Shown here: in pieces, positions 8,338 through 17,359 of the stretch | Layout: each line of letters begins with the position of its first letter | Position numbering within the stretch: the stretch's first letter is position 1 | Assembly: GCA_964372765.1 (NCBI GenBank) | Contig: CAYJSE010000001.1 | Location: forward strand, 50,755-114,754 | DNA: 64,000 bases | DNA from: an uncultured Planctomycetia bacterium | GTDB lineage: Bacteria > Omnitrophota > Gorgyraeia > 2-02-FULL-51-18 > CAYJSE01 | Direction of reading: 5' to 3' | The notes under the pieces: generated by a model | Seen by the model: only the letters and a program-made list of their open reading frames with translations | What the model was told of the DNA's origin: nothing | Database searches by the model: none | Made by a program: the position numbers and the translations under genes

Positions 8338-9327
8338 GTGAAGGGCGGGGTTTTTTTAAAAACTAAGTTTTTTCAAATGGGAGGGTGTCTCTTGCCCTCC
8401 CTTTTTCTTTTTTGTACAGCCGTGTCGGCGGACACCGTGATCTTAAAAAATGGCCGGGAGCTGAAAGGCCTCGTGGTGGAGGAACATGAGGATCGCTTGA
8501 TCTTGAGTACCGGCGACGGCGAGGTGCCGATTTTACGCAAAGGATTGAAAGAAATCCGCTACGACGATCCAGCGCAAGCGTACCTTCAAATCGGCCAGGA
8601 GTTTGAGAAAAAAGGGCGTCTCGGCGAAGCGCTGGCTTACTTCGAAAAGGCGATCGAGAAAAATCCGAATCTTGAAGAGGCGCGCTCGGCCGCGGTGCGC
8701 GTGCGCAACCGTTTTTGGGCCGCGGCCACCGAAGGCCCGACAAGCGAAATTGAGATGAAGCAGGACTTGTACGACTCCTGGAGCCAGGGCCGCTCCGTGG
8801 AAGCGCTGATTAAAAAGCAGATGACGAATAATTCACAAAAGCTGCACGGGGGTCTGGGTGTGGCGCTTGAGAAAAAAAATGATTGGGTGCTAGTATCATT
8901 CACGGATCCAAAAAAAGCGGCGGCGCTGGCGGGTCTTCGCAGCCAAGATCGGTTCGTGTCTATCGACGGAAAGTCGCTTCGCTATTTAAGTGTCGAGGCG
9001 GTGCAGGAGCAGCTCTTGAAACCGCGTTTTTCCAACTTTATTCTTGAATTTGAGCGCGCTCTTTTCTTGAAAACGCCGAAGATGAAATTAAAAGACTTAG
9101 GGCTGAAGCTCAATATGGAATACCAGGGTCTCACGGTTGTCAGTATCCGGAAAGACAGCCCCGCCGAAACGACCGGATTTAAAAAGCAGGACCTTATCAC
9201 GCAGATTGGTGATACCGCAACGCGTTATTTGCCGATCAAGAAGGCTGTGTCTTTGATCGAAAGTAAAAAAGATGATGAAACGCTGGTTTTTACCGTGCGG
9301 CGCACGGTGTTGCTAACGAGGAGATAA
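8338..9327 (+). CDS. Secreted TPR + tandem PDZ-like domain protein (hypothetical)
   Basis: Signal-peptide-like N-terminus, a TPR-like stretch (LGEALAYFEKAIEKNPNLEEA), and two PDZ-like segments (GLGVALEKKNDWVLVSFTDP...; GLTVVSIRKDSPAETTGFKKQDLITQIGD). Confidence 0.55.
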   Translation: MKGGVFLKTKFFQMGGCLLPSLFLFCTAVSADTVILKNGRELKGLVVEEHEDRLILSTGDGEVPILRKGLKEIRYDDPAQAYLQIGQEFEKKGRLGEALAYFEKAIEKNPNLEEARSAAVRVRNRFWAAATEGPTSEIEMKQDLYDSWSQGRSVEALIKKQMTNNSQKLHGGLGVALEKKNDWVLVSFTDPKKAAALAGLRSQDRFVSIDGKSLRYLSVEAVQEQLLKPRFSNFILEFERALFLKTPKMKLKDLGLKLNMEYQGLTVVSIRKDSPAETTGFKKQDLITQIGDTATRYLPIKKAVSLIESKKDDETLVFTVRRTVLLTRR

Positions 9328-9328
9328 T

Positions 9329-9775
9329 ATGCCGAGCACCTTCCGTCGAAAACAATATTTTGTCGAGCGCGGTTTGCAGCTGCGCTTTGCGCGTTTTGTG
9401 ATCTTGTTCGTGCTGGTGTCCGTGCTGATCACGGGGCTGCTTATTTTTTACACGACGTTCATGCTGCTTGGAGAAAAACTCGCCGATGTGTACCCGCAGG
9501 GTCGGCTCGTTGCGATCTTCCGCGCCGTGCATCTGGCGATACTCGTGGACATGCTGATTTTACTGCCGATTATATTTTGGATGTCGATTATATTTTCTCA
9601 TCGCATCGCGGGGCCCTTGCCCAAAATTTATCGCACGCTGAAGGAAATCGGTCAGGGGAATTTTGATATCAAGTTGGTTTTAAGAAAAGGAGACGAGCTG
9701 AAAGACTTGGCGGACGGTATCAACGATATGGCCGCCAACCTCAAGACCCGCCAAAGTGTTGTTAAAAATAGTTAA
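9329..9775 (+). CDS. Two-TM membrane protein with a stand-alone HAMP domain
   Basis: Two hydrophobic helices followed by a HAMP-like segment (AGPLPKIYRTLKEIGQGNFDIKL...LKDLADGINDMAANL). There is no output domain. Confidence 0.5.
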   Translation: MPSTFRRKQYFVERGLQLRFARFVILFVLVSVLITGLLIFYTTFMLLGEKLADVYPQGRLVAIFRAVHLAILVDMLILLPIIFWMSIIFSHRIAGPLPKIYRTLKEIGQGNFDIKLVLRKGDELKDLADGINDMAANLKTRQSVVKNS

Positions 9776-9796
9776 AAAAATTTATTTATGCTAGCT

Positions 9797-9866
9797 ATTG
9801 ACAAACGAATCTCCCATGGGTTATACTTTCCCATGAAAGCCCAAAAAGTGGGGGGAAGTGGGGGAA
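9797..9866 (+). promoter_or_regulatory. Pmra-type promoter with a putative MraZ operator
   Basis: TTGACA (9797-9802), a 17/18-nt spacer, then TTATAC/TATACT. Tandem GTGGGGGAA direct repeats at 9848-9866 sit just upstream of the mraZ ATG. MraZ is known to bind GTGGG-type direct repeats. Confidence 0.55.
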
Positions 9867-9870
9867 TTCG

Positions 9871-10335
9871 ATGTTCTACGGAGAGCATGAACACAGCATC
9901 GACGGTAAAGGGCGCCTCATTATCCCCTCGAAGTTCAGAGAGGTATCCAAAGAACACTATGTCGAACGATTTTTTATCACTCGAGGCCTTGATCAATGTC
10001 TCTTTGTATTCACGGAAGATGAATGGCGTAAACAGGAAGCCAAGTTCAAAGGCGTATCGTTTACCAGCACCGAAGCGCGCAACTTCAACCGGCTCTTTTT
10101 TTCGGGCGCTTGTGAGGTGGCCTGTGACGGGCAAGGACGGATTCTGATCCCGCAATACCTGAAGGAATTTGCGGGTTTGAAACAGGATGTCGTGATTGTG
10201 GGTGTGGCGAACCGCATGGAAATCTGGAACAAGGAGCGCTGGGCTGAATTTTACGACAGAACCAAAGGTAGCTTTGAGTCGATAGCCGAGAGCATGTTTA
10301 GTGGCGAGGAGTCCGATGATGAAAAAGATGCTTAA
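9871..10335 (+). CDS. mraZ: Transcriptional regulator MraZ
   Basis: MFYGEHEHSIDGKGRLIIPSKFR, with duplicated MraZ/SpoVT-AbrB domains. Confidence 0.9.
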   Translation: MFYGEHEHSIDGKGRLIIPSKFREVSKEHYVERFFITRGLDQCLFVFTEDEWRKQEAKFKGVSFTSTEARNFNRLFFSGACEVACDGQGRILIPQYLKEFAGLKQDVVIVGVANRMEIWNKERWAEFYDRTKGSFESIAESMFSGEESDDEKDA

Positions 10336-10521
10336 GAGAGCTCCGGAGGGCAGTGTGTCGGGAGCGAACATGGAAAGCTTAAAGCGCCATCGGGCGCTGT
10401 TGACGAGCTGTGTGGATCTTGAGTCGATCCTGTATTTTGAGCGCGTCATGACGATCAAGAAAAAGTTTAATGATTTTGTGTTCATCACGAAGCGCGAGGC
10501 CGCAAGCCGTTTTTAGGGCGC

Positions 10522-11430
10522 GTGTCCTTAGCTTTGCACGAGAGCGTTCTTTTAAAAGAAGTCTTGGAGCTGTTGGCACCGAAGCCGGGCGACTGCATCG
10601 TGGACGCGACGCTCGGTTACGGGGGGCACGCTCAAGCGATCTGCGAGGTTCTGGGGCCCCGTGGCCGTTTGATTGGTTTCGATAAGGACCCGGAAGCGTT
10701 GCAGAAATCCAAGGAAACGCTCAAGAATTACGGCGATAGGTTGATTATGATACAAAGCGATTTTAGACACATCGGTTCGGAGCTCAAAACGCGCGGGATT
10801 TCGCGGGTTCAAGGCGCGCTCGCGGATCTCGGCGTGTCTTCGCCGCAGTTGGATAACGCCCGGCGAGGTTTTAGTTTTTCGAAAGAAGCTCCGCTGGATA
10901 TGCGCATGGATCCTTCGCAGGACACCACGGCCGGCAAACTAGTTAATTCTTTGTCCGAAAAAGAACTTTCGGATGTGCTGTGGCTTCTCGGGGAAGAGCG
11001 ATTTTCACGCCGCATTGCCCGGCGCATCGTGGAAGCGCGTTCCCAAAAGAAAATTGAGACAACGCTGGAACTAGCGCAAATCATCGCCTCCAGCACACCG
11101 GCGTCGTACCGGCATAGGCGCATTCACCCGGCGACGCGTTCTTTTCAGGCGATCCGCATGGCGGTGAATACGGAGCAAGAATCGCTGGATATTTTTTTAA
11201 AAGACGCGGTGGAAGTATTGGACGACGGCGCTCGATTGGCGGTGATCGCGTTTCATTCGCTGGAGGACCGGAAAGTGAAGCAAGCGTTTCGGGGCTACGC
11301 CCAGCAAGGACTCGGCGTGCTCGTGACTCGCAAACCGGTTCGGCCGAGCGAAGCCGAGGCCGAGACCAATCCACGCTCGCGCAGCGCGCGCCTAAGAGTT
11401 TTTGAACGAAGATTTGAGGTGAGAGCATGA
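10522..11430 (+). CDS. rsmH: 16S rRNA (cytosine1402-N4)-methyltransferase RsmH (MraW)
   Basis: HESVLLKEVLELL...DATLGYGGHA SAM-binding motif. dcw-cluster position after mraZ. Confidence 0.9.
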   Translation: MSLALHESVLLKEVLELLAPKPGDCIVDATLGYGGHAQAICEVLGPRGRLIGFDKDPEALQKSKETLKNYGDRLIMIQSDFRHIGSELKTRGISRVQGALADLGVSSPQLDNARRGFSFSKEAPLDMRMDPSQDTTAGKLVNSLSEKELSDVLWLLGEERFSRRIARRIVEARSQKKIETTLELAQIIASSTPASYRHRRIHPATRSFQAIRMAVNTEQESLDIFLKDAVEVLDDGARLAVIAFHSLEDRKVKQAFRGYAQQGLGVLVTRKPVRPSEAEAETNPRSRSARLRVFERRFEVRA

Positions 11431-11789
11431 CACGGTTTTTGGCGATTCTTGTTTCAGTCACGGTGGCCGGACTGCTTTACGTTTACACGGAAGTGGAGGC
11501 GGTAACGCTCGGCTATAGAATCCGCAAGCAAGAGGAAATGAAAACCCAAATCCTGGACCGAAGCCGCACGCTGCGGTATCAGGTGTCAAACTTGAAATCG
11601 GCTTCGGAGCTTGAAAAGACGCTTGCGGCGCGGCGTGTGGAGCTCGAGCAGCCGAAAGAGTGGAGGACGCTGGTTCTTGCGGGTGCGAAAGCGCCCGTCA
11701 CGGAGCCGGCCGTGACGTCGTTTTTTCGTCAAGGTTTATGGAATAAGTTCTTCATAGGCACAGCCCAGGCAGAAGCTCGGGAATCTTGA
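11427..11789 (+). CDS. ftsL: Cell division protein FtsL-like (single-TM, coiled coil)
   Basis: A 120-aa protein with an N-terminal TM helix then coiled coil. It sits between rsmH and ftsI in the dcw cluster. Confidence 0.6.
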   Translation: MTRFLAILVSVTVAGLLYVYTEVEAVTLGYRIRKQEEMKTQILDRSRTLRYQVSNLKSASELEKTLAARRVELEQPKEWRTLVLAGAKAPVTEPAVTSFFRQGLWNKFFIGTAQAEARES

Positions 11790-13498
11790 TCCGACTTTCA
11801 AAACAGAGAAGTTTAGCTGTATTTTTATTTTTTTTATCTGCCCTTATCCTACTCTTGGGCCGGCTGGCCTATCTCCAGCTCTTTCACGCGCCCAGTCTTC
11901 AGAGCCTGGCTAAAAACCAGTCCGATCTGATGATTCAGCTGGAACCCGTGCGCGGCAAAATCGTGGACCGCAAAAACCGCGAACTGGCCCTCGACGTGCG
12001 TCTCGACTCTCTCTACGCGGAATCCCGGAATATCCAAAATAAAGAAGAGCTCGCCGCGAAACTTTCCAAAATACTGGGTTTCAGTGAATCCTATATTCTC
12101 GAGCGGCTGCGGCGCGACAAGATGTTTGTGTGGATTGTCCGGCGCATTCCGGCCGCCCAGACCCGCGCGATCCAAGAACTAAAAATCCAAGGTCTCGGGT
12201 TTGTGAAAGAGTCGATGCGTGTGTATCCCAAAAACAAGACCGCCTGCCAGCTTATCGGTTTTACTGGCATTGACAATAACGGCTTGGAAGGCGTCGAACT
12301 GGACACTGACAGTTTGCTGAAAGGCGTGCCCGGTTGGCGCTTGAGTCAGCGTGACGCCAAACAGCGCGAGCTTATTTCCAAGGAACTGGAGACCGTGCCG
12401 CCGGTGAACGGATACAACGTGCATCTGGCGATTGATGAGGTGGTGCAGTTTATCACGGAAAAAGAACTGGCGGCAGCTTGCGAAAAGCATAGCGCGCTTG
12501 GCGGATCCATCGTGGTGATGGATCCAAAAACCGGCGATGTACTCGCGATGGCCACCTATCCGCTCTATGACCTCAACAATGCCCGCAATGCCAAACCCGA
12601 GCACCGCCGCAATCGCGCGGTGACCGACCTCTATGAACCAGGCTCGGTGTTTAAGGCGATCACGCTGTCCGGTATCCTGGAAGAAAAAACCATCAGTCTC
12701 GAGGAAAAGTTTCACTGCGAAAACGGTTCCTGGGCCGTGGCGGGGAAGGTGCTGCACGATCACAAAGGGCATGGTGTGATGAGCCTGCGTGAAATCATCG
12801 AAAAGTCGAGCAACATCGGCACCGTCAAGGCCGCGATGAAGCAGGGCCAGGATCGTATTTACAAATATATCAAGCTGTTTGGGTTTGGGGAGAAGACCAG
12901 GATCGCGTTGCCCGGCGAGATCAGCGGGATAGTGCCGCATCCGCGTTCCTGGTCGCGTAGCTCCATCATCAATATTCCGATCGGCCACGGTGTGGCTGTG
13001 ACCACGGTGCAGTTGGCGGCCGGTTTTGCGGCGATCGCCAATGACGGCGTGCTCATGAAACCGCGCATCCTGGCGTATATCGACGATGAGAACGGCCACG
13101 TGATTAAAAAGTTTGAGACCGAAAAAACTCGCCGCGTGATCTCCAAGGAAGCGGCGCTGCAGGTGCGCACGGTGCTGGAAGGCGTGGTGAGCCGCGGCAC
13201 CGGCAAAAAGGCGGCCGTGGCCGGTTTTAAATCCGCGGGAAAAACGGGCACGGCCCAGAAGCTGTTACCGGGCGGCGGTTATTCGCATGACGCGTTTATC
13301 GCGTCGTTTGTGGGTTTTGTGCCGTACGATGAGCCGCGGCTTGTGATCGCGGTGAGCATCGATGAGCCTCGACCCGTTTACTACGGTGGCGAGGTCGCCG
13401 CGCCCGTATTTTCGAAAATCGCCGGTCAAGTGCTAAGCTACTGGCAGGTTCCGCCGATTATTTTACCCGCCGCAAAGGCCGTTCCGGTCGCCCAATGA
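11786..13498 (+). CDS. ftsI: Peptidoglycan D,D-transpeptidase FtsI (PBP3 family)
   Basis: PBP dimerisation and transpeptidase domains with SVFK (SxxK), SSN and KTGT motifs. Confidence 0.9.
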   Translation: MIRLSKQRSLAVFLFFLSALILLLGRLAYLQLFHAPSLQSLAKNQSDLMIQLEPVRGKIVDRKNRELALDVRLDSLYAESRNIQNKEELAAKLSKILGFSESYILERLRRDKMFVWIVRRIPAAQTRAIQELKIQGLGFVKESMRVYPKNKTACQLIGFTGIDNNGLEGVELDTDSLLKGVPGWRLSQRDAKQRELISKELETVPPVNGYNVHLAIDEVVQFITEKELAAACEKHSALGGSIVVMDPKTGDVLAMATYPLYDLNNARNAKPEHRRNRAVTDLYEPGSVFKAITLSGILEEKTISLEEKFHCENGSWAVAGKVLHDHKGHGVMSLREIIEKSSNIGTVKAAMKQGQDRIYKYIKLFGFGEKTRIALPGEISGIVPHPRSWSRSSIINIPIGHGVAVTTVQLAAGFAAIANDGVLMKPRILAYIDDENGHVIKKFETEKTRRVISKEAALQVRTVLEGVVSRGTGKKAAVAGFKSAGKTGTAQKLLPGGGYSHDAFIASFVGFVPYDEPRLVIAVSIDEPRPVYYGGEVAAPVFSKIAGQVLSYWQVPPIILPAAKAVPVAQ

Positions 13499-14955
13499 TC
13501 CGTTTGAGGGAGCTGGTCTCCAAAGCACTGCCGCGGGAAGTGGACGTGGCGGGGTTGCCGGATATTGCGATAGACTCGATCGCGCACGATTCACGCGCGG
13601 TGAAGTCCGGATCGCTTTTTGTGGCCATTCCCGGCACGAAGCTGGACGGCCGAATGTTTATCGAGGAATCTATCCGCAAAGGCGCGGTGGCCGTGGTGAC
13701 GAACCCGGATGGAATTTTCCAGGGTCCAACGCCGCGTGTGTGCGTTTCGGACACGCGGCGGGCGCTGGGCCGACTCGCGGCGGCATTTTATGATTTTCCC
13801 TCCCAAAAACTAAATTGCATCGGTGTCACGGGCACCAACGGCAAAACAACCTCGACGTATCTTTTGGAACACTGTTTGACGAAGCAGGGCCGCCGTGTCG
13901 GCGTGTTGGGAACGGTGAACTACCGTTATCCGGGCAAGGAATGGCCCGCGTCGCAGACGACGCCGGACGCTTTGCGGATCCAACAAACTCTTGTCCAGAT
14001 GGTTGCCGCACGCTGCGATACGGCGGTGCTTGAAGTTTCATCACACGCGCTGGATCAAAACCGTACCGAGGGCATCGATTTTAAGTCGGCGATTTTTACG
14101 AACCTGACGCAGGATCATCTGGACTATCATAAGACGCTCGACGCTTACTTTGAATGCAAAGCCAAGCTCTTTACGGCGCTCGGGCCCTCGAGTGTGGCCT
14201 CGTTAAACGCCGATGACGCGTGGGCGATGAAGATCCCGGCGCGCACTTCCGCCAGCACGCGGACATTCGGGATAGACGGGCTTTGCGATTTCAAAGCCGG
14301 CGGTGTCCGGTGGGAGCGCTCAAAGACGTATTTTGAGCTGACACACCGGAAGGCCCGCATTTCGGTTGAATCGCCGCTGATTGGCCGGCATAATGTGTAC
14401 AATGTTCTAGGGGCGCTTGCGGCGCTGGAAGGCGCGCACGGGAACCTCGAAGACTTCGCGAAAGATATGGGTTCTTTTGCCGGCGTGCCGGGGCGTCTGG
14501 AGTCCGTACAGGCCGGGCAGAATTTTCTCGTGTTTGTGGATTACGCGCACACCGACGATGGATTGGAGAACGTGTTGTCGGCGCTGCGGCCGTACGCCAA
14601 GCGGCTTATCGTCGCGTTTGGCTGCGGTGGCGAGCGCGATCGCGGCAAAAGACCCAAGATGGCGCAAGTGGTGAGCCATTTTTGCGACACGGCGGTCGTG
14701 ACTTCCGACAACCCGCGATCCGAGGATCCGCGCGAGATCGCGAAAGAAATCTGCGCCGGGTTTCCGGAGAACTTTAAAAATTACACCGTGATGATCGATC
14801 GCCGCAAGGCGATACGCCAGGCGCTCTTGGCGGCGCGCGAAGGCGACATCGTTCTATTGGCCGGCAAAGGCCATGAAACGATGCAGGTGGTCGGCCGTGA
14901 ACAGATTCCATTCAACGACAAAGAGGAGGCACTTCGGGTTTTAAGTGGACGCTGA
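13495..14955 (+). CDS. murE: UDP-N-acetylmuramoyl-L-alanyl-D-glutamate--2,6-diaminopimelate ligase
   Basis: GVTGTNGKTTSTYL P-loop, DNPR motif, and Mur ligase domain order. Confidence 0.9.
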   Translation: MIRLRELVSKALPREVDVAGLPDIAIDSIAHDSRAVKSGSLFVAIPGTKLDGRMFIEESIRKGAVAVVTNPDGIFQGPTPRVCVSDTRRALGRLAAAFYDFPSQKLNCIGVTGTNGKTTSTYLLEHCLTKQGRRVGVLGTVNYRYPGKEWPASQTTPDALRIQQTLVQMVAARCDTAVLEVSSHALDQNRTEGIDFKSAIFTNLTQDHLDYHKTLDAYFECKAKLFTALGPSSVASLNADDAWAMKIPARTSASTRTFGIDGLCDFKAGGVRWERSKTYFELTHRKARISVESPLIGRHNVYNVLGALAALEGAHGNLEDFAKDMGSFAGVPGRLESVQAGQNFLVFVDYAHTDDGLENVLSALRPYAKRLIVAFGCGGERDRGKRPKMAQVVSHFCDTAVVTSDNPRSEDPREIAKEICAGFPENFKNYTVMIDRRKAIRQALLAAREGDIVLLAGKGHETMQVVGREQIPFNDKEEALRVLSGR

Positions 14956-16297
14956 TTTTGAGAAAATTTTAGCCGCGGCCGGCGGTGATGCGCGTCATAT
15001 TTCCACAGACACGCGCACGATGTCGAAAGGCGATGTGTTTTGGGTGCTGAAAGGCGCGCGTTTTGACGGCCATGATTTTTTGGCCGAAGCGCTCGCGAAA
15101 GCGTCGCCGCTGGTGGTGCTGTCCAATCCGAAGCGGCTGCCGCCGCAAAACGGCTTGAAATTTCAGTCCGTCGTCTTTGGGAACACGCTAGAAAGCTACG
15201 GCGATTTCGCGCGCTGGTACCGGCACCGCTTCAAAATCCCCGCGATCGCGATTACGGGTAGTTCCGGCAAGACCACGGTCAAGGAGCTCGTATCGCACCT
15301 CCTGTGCGCGTGTTTCAAAGTTTTAAAAAATCAAGGAACGGAAAATAATCTTGTCGGTGTGCCCAAGACGCTTCTGGCATTGGACGCATCGCAGGAGGTG
15401 CTGGTGCTGGAGATGGGTACCAATGCGCCCGGCGAGATCGCGCGGCTTTCGGCCATCATCGGACCGCAGGTGGCTGTGATCACGCAGATCGGTCACGGGC
15501 ACCTCGAGGGTTTAAAAAATATTGAGGGGGTGCGTGAGGAGAAGCTGAGTCTCTTAAAGTATTTGGAGCGCGGCGGGAAGCTTGTGGTGTGCGGAGAGGA
15601 CCCGGCTCTGAGAAAAGTGGAGAGCGGCGCGCATCACGTGGTGCGCTGCGGGTTTTCAAACGGCAACGAAGTCGTTGCGCGGGATTTTCATTATGACGAG
15701 CAAGGCAGTGTGTTTTGGATCGGGGAGCAGGGCCCCTTTCGAACGCAGCTCTTGGGCCGCCACAATATTTTGAACGCTCTGTTGGCGATCGCGGTGGCGC
15801 GGTCGCTGGGCGTCGAAATGGACGTGATCAGGGAGCGGCTCGCCGATTTTAAACCGGTGCCGGGGCGTCTGACAGTCAAGACAATCGACGGGATTCAGTT
15901 TATCGACGACTCTTACAATTCGAATCCGGATTCGTTTGGTGCGGCGCTCGAAACTCTTAAGGAGTATAAAAGCGCGGGCCGCAAGATCGTCGTGTGCGCC
16001 GACATGCTGGAGCTTGGGGATGAAAAAGAAGCCTGGCACCGAAAACTCGGGACGCTTTTGGCCGAGACGCGCGTGGATTTTATCGTGGCCGCGGGGACGT
16101 TGAGTCGTCTTTTATTGGAAGAGGTGGTAAAGTCCGGCTTTTCGGCGGACCGTATCCGGTATACTGAGGACAGCGCCGAGGCGGGCCGCGCGTGCCGCGC
16201 GTGGGCAAAACCGGGAGATACGGTGCTTGTGAAAGGTTCGCGCGGCATGAAGATGGAAAGGGTGATGGATTGCTTTACGAACTCCTGTACCCCTTAA
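14945..16297 (+). CDS. murF: UDP-N-acetylmuramoyl-tripeptide--D-alanyl-D-alanine ligase
   Basis: ITGSSGKTTVKEL P-loop and a MurF-like N-terminus (DTR...GDVFWVLKGARFDGHDF). Confidence 0.9.
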   Translation: MDADFEKILAAAGGDARHISTDTRTMSKGDVFWVLKGARFDGHDFLAEALAKASPLVVLSNPKRLPPQNGLKFQSVVFGNTLESYGDFARWYRHRFKIPAIAITGSSGKTTVKELVSHLLCACFKVLKNQGTENNLVGVPKTLLALDASQEVLVLEMGTNAPGEIARLSAIIGPQVAVITQIGHGHLEGLKNIEGVREEKLSLLKYLERGGKLVVCGEDPALRKVESGAHHVVRCGFSNGNEVVARDFHYDEQGSVFWIGEQGPFRTQLLGRHNILNALLAIAVARSLGVEMDVIRERLADFKPVPGRLTVKTIDGIQFIDDSYNSNPDSFGAALETLKEYKSAGRKIVVCADMLELGDEKEAWHRKLGTLLAETRVDFIVAAGTLSRLLLEEVVKSGFSADRIRYTEDSAEAGRACRAWAKPGDTVLVKGSRGMKMERVMDCFTNSCTP

Positions 16298-17358
16298 GAG
16301 ATTTCTTTTTTGGTTTCAACGTTTTCCGCTACATCACGTTCCGCGCGGCGATGGCCAGCATCACCGCGTTTGGCGCCTGTCTACTCATCGGACCCTTCGT
16401 GATCCGTTTTTTGGCCAATCTCAATCTACGGCAGACCATCGAGCGCGAGGGTTTCTCCAAGCTTTACGCGGCGCATGAGGGGAAGCAAAAAGTACCGACG
16501 ATGGGGGGGCTTCTCATTGTGGGGTCGCTTTTGGTTTCCACACTTTTGTGGGCGGATTTGAGAAATTTATTTGTGTGGCTGGCGCTCGGTGTGACGCTGG
16601 GCATGGGTTTCGTGGGTTTCGTCGACGATTATTTGAAGCTAAAAGAGAAAAATTCCAAAGGGTTGAAAGCCAGGATTAAATTTATCGGACAGTGGATGCT
16701 CGGCCTCGGGGTCGGTGTTTTTCTTTATTTTGACTCGCCGAACTGGCAGAATATCCACGTGCCGTTCGTGAAGCAGTTGGTCTGGCTGGCGGCGCCCGTG
16801 TACGTGCTGCTCGTGGCGTGCGTGATCGTGGGCTCTTCCAACGCGGTGAATCTCACCGACGGGCTGGACGGGTTAGCGATTGGGTGCACCTCGATGATCG
16901 CTTTTTTTTACAGCATTGTGAGCTATCTCTCGGGCCACGCGAAATTTAGCGGCTATCTGCAGATCCCATTTGTGCCGGGCGCCGGAGAGCTGACGGTGTT
17001 TTGCGGGGCGCTGTTGGGCGCCAGCATGGGATTTTTGTGGTTCAACTCCCATCCGGCGAGCGTTTTTATGGGCGACACGGGCTCTCTTGGTCTCGGCGGC
17101 GCGCTCGGCGCGGTAGCGGTATTCACGAAAAAGGAGCTTTTACTTTTCATCGTGGGCGGAATCTTTGTGCTCGAGGCGTTGTCCGTGATCCTGCAGGTGG
17201 TCTCGTATAAATTGAGAAGGAAGCGAATTTTTTTAATGGCGCCGATTCATCATCATTTTCAGCTTCGCGGACTCTCGGAGTCCAAAGTCGTGATCCGTTT
17301 CTGGATTGTATCTGTTATTCTGGTTCTCGTCGGTCTGTCTTCGCTGAAGCTGCAGTAA
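16270..17358 (+). CDS. mraY: Phospho-N-acetylmuramoyl-pentapeptide transferase
   Basis: LLYELLYPL... N-terminus with NAVNLTDGLDGLA and HHHFQ motifs. A TTG start at 16270 is proposed; the ORF-track start at 16192 overlaps murF. Confidence 0.88.
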   Translation: MLYELLYPLRDFFFGFNVFRYITFRAAMASITAFGACLLIGPFVIRFLANLNLRQTIEREGFSKLYAAHEGKQKVPTMGGLLIVGSLLVSTLLWADLRNLFVWLALGVTLGMGFVGFVDDYLKLKEKNSKGLKARIKFIGQWMLGLGVGVFLYFDSPNWQNIHVPFVKQLVWLAAPVYVLLVACVIVGSSNAVNLTDGLDGLAIGCTSMIAFFYSIVSYLSGHAKFSGYLQIPFVPGAGELTVFCGALLGASMGFLWFNSHPASVFMGDTGSLGLGGALGAVAVFTKKELLLFIVGGIFVLEALSVILQVVSYKLRRKRIFLMAPIHHHFQLRGLSESKVVIRFWIVSVILVLVGLSSLKLQ

Positions 17359-17359
17359 C

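Noticed and set aside
12179-13099. Long minus-strand ORFs antisense to ftsI (306 aa), and similar antisense ORFs at 42669-43892, 46423-47271, 53028-53936, 34105-35139, 17315-18079, 26743-27345 and 9772-10488
   Set aside because: They lie entirely within well-supported + strand genes of a GC-rich genome, where stop-poor antisense frames are expected. They have no recognisable domains, and their translations are low-complexity and Arg/Pro/Ala-rich.
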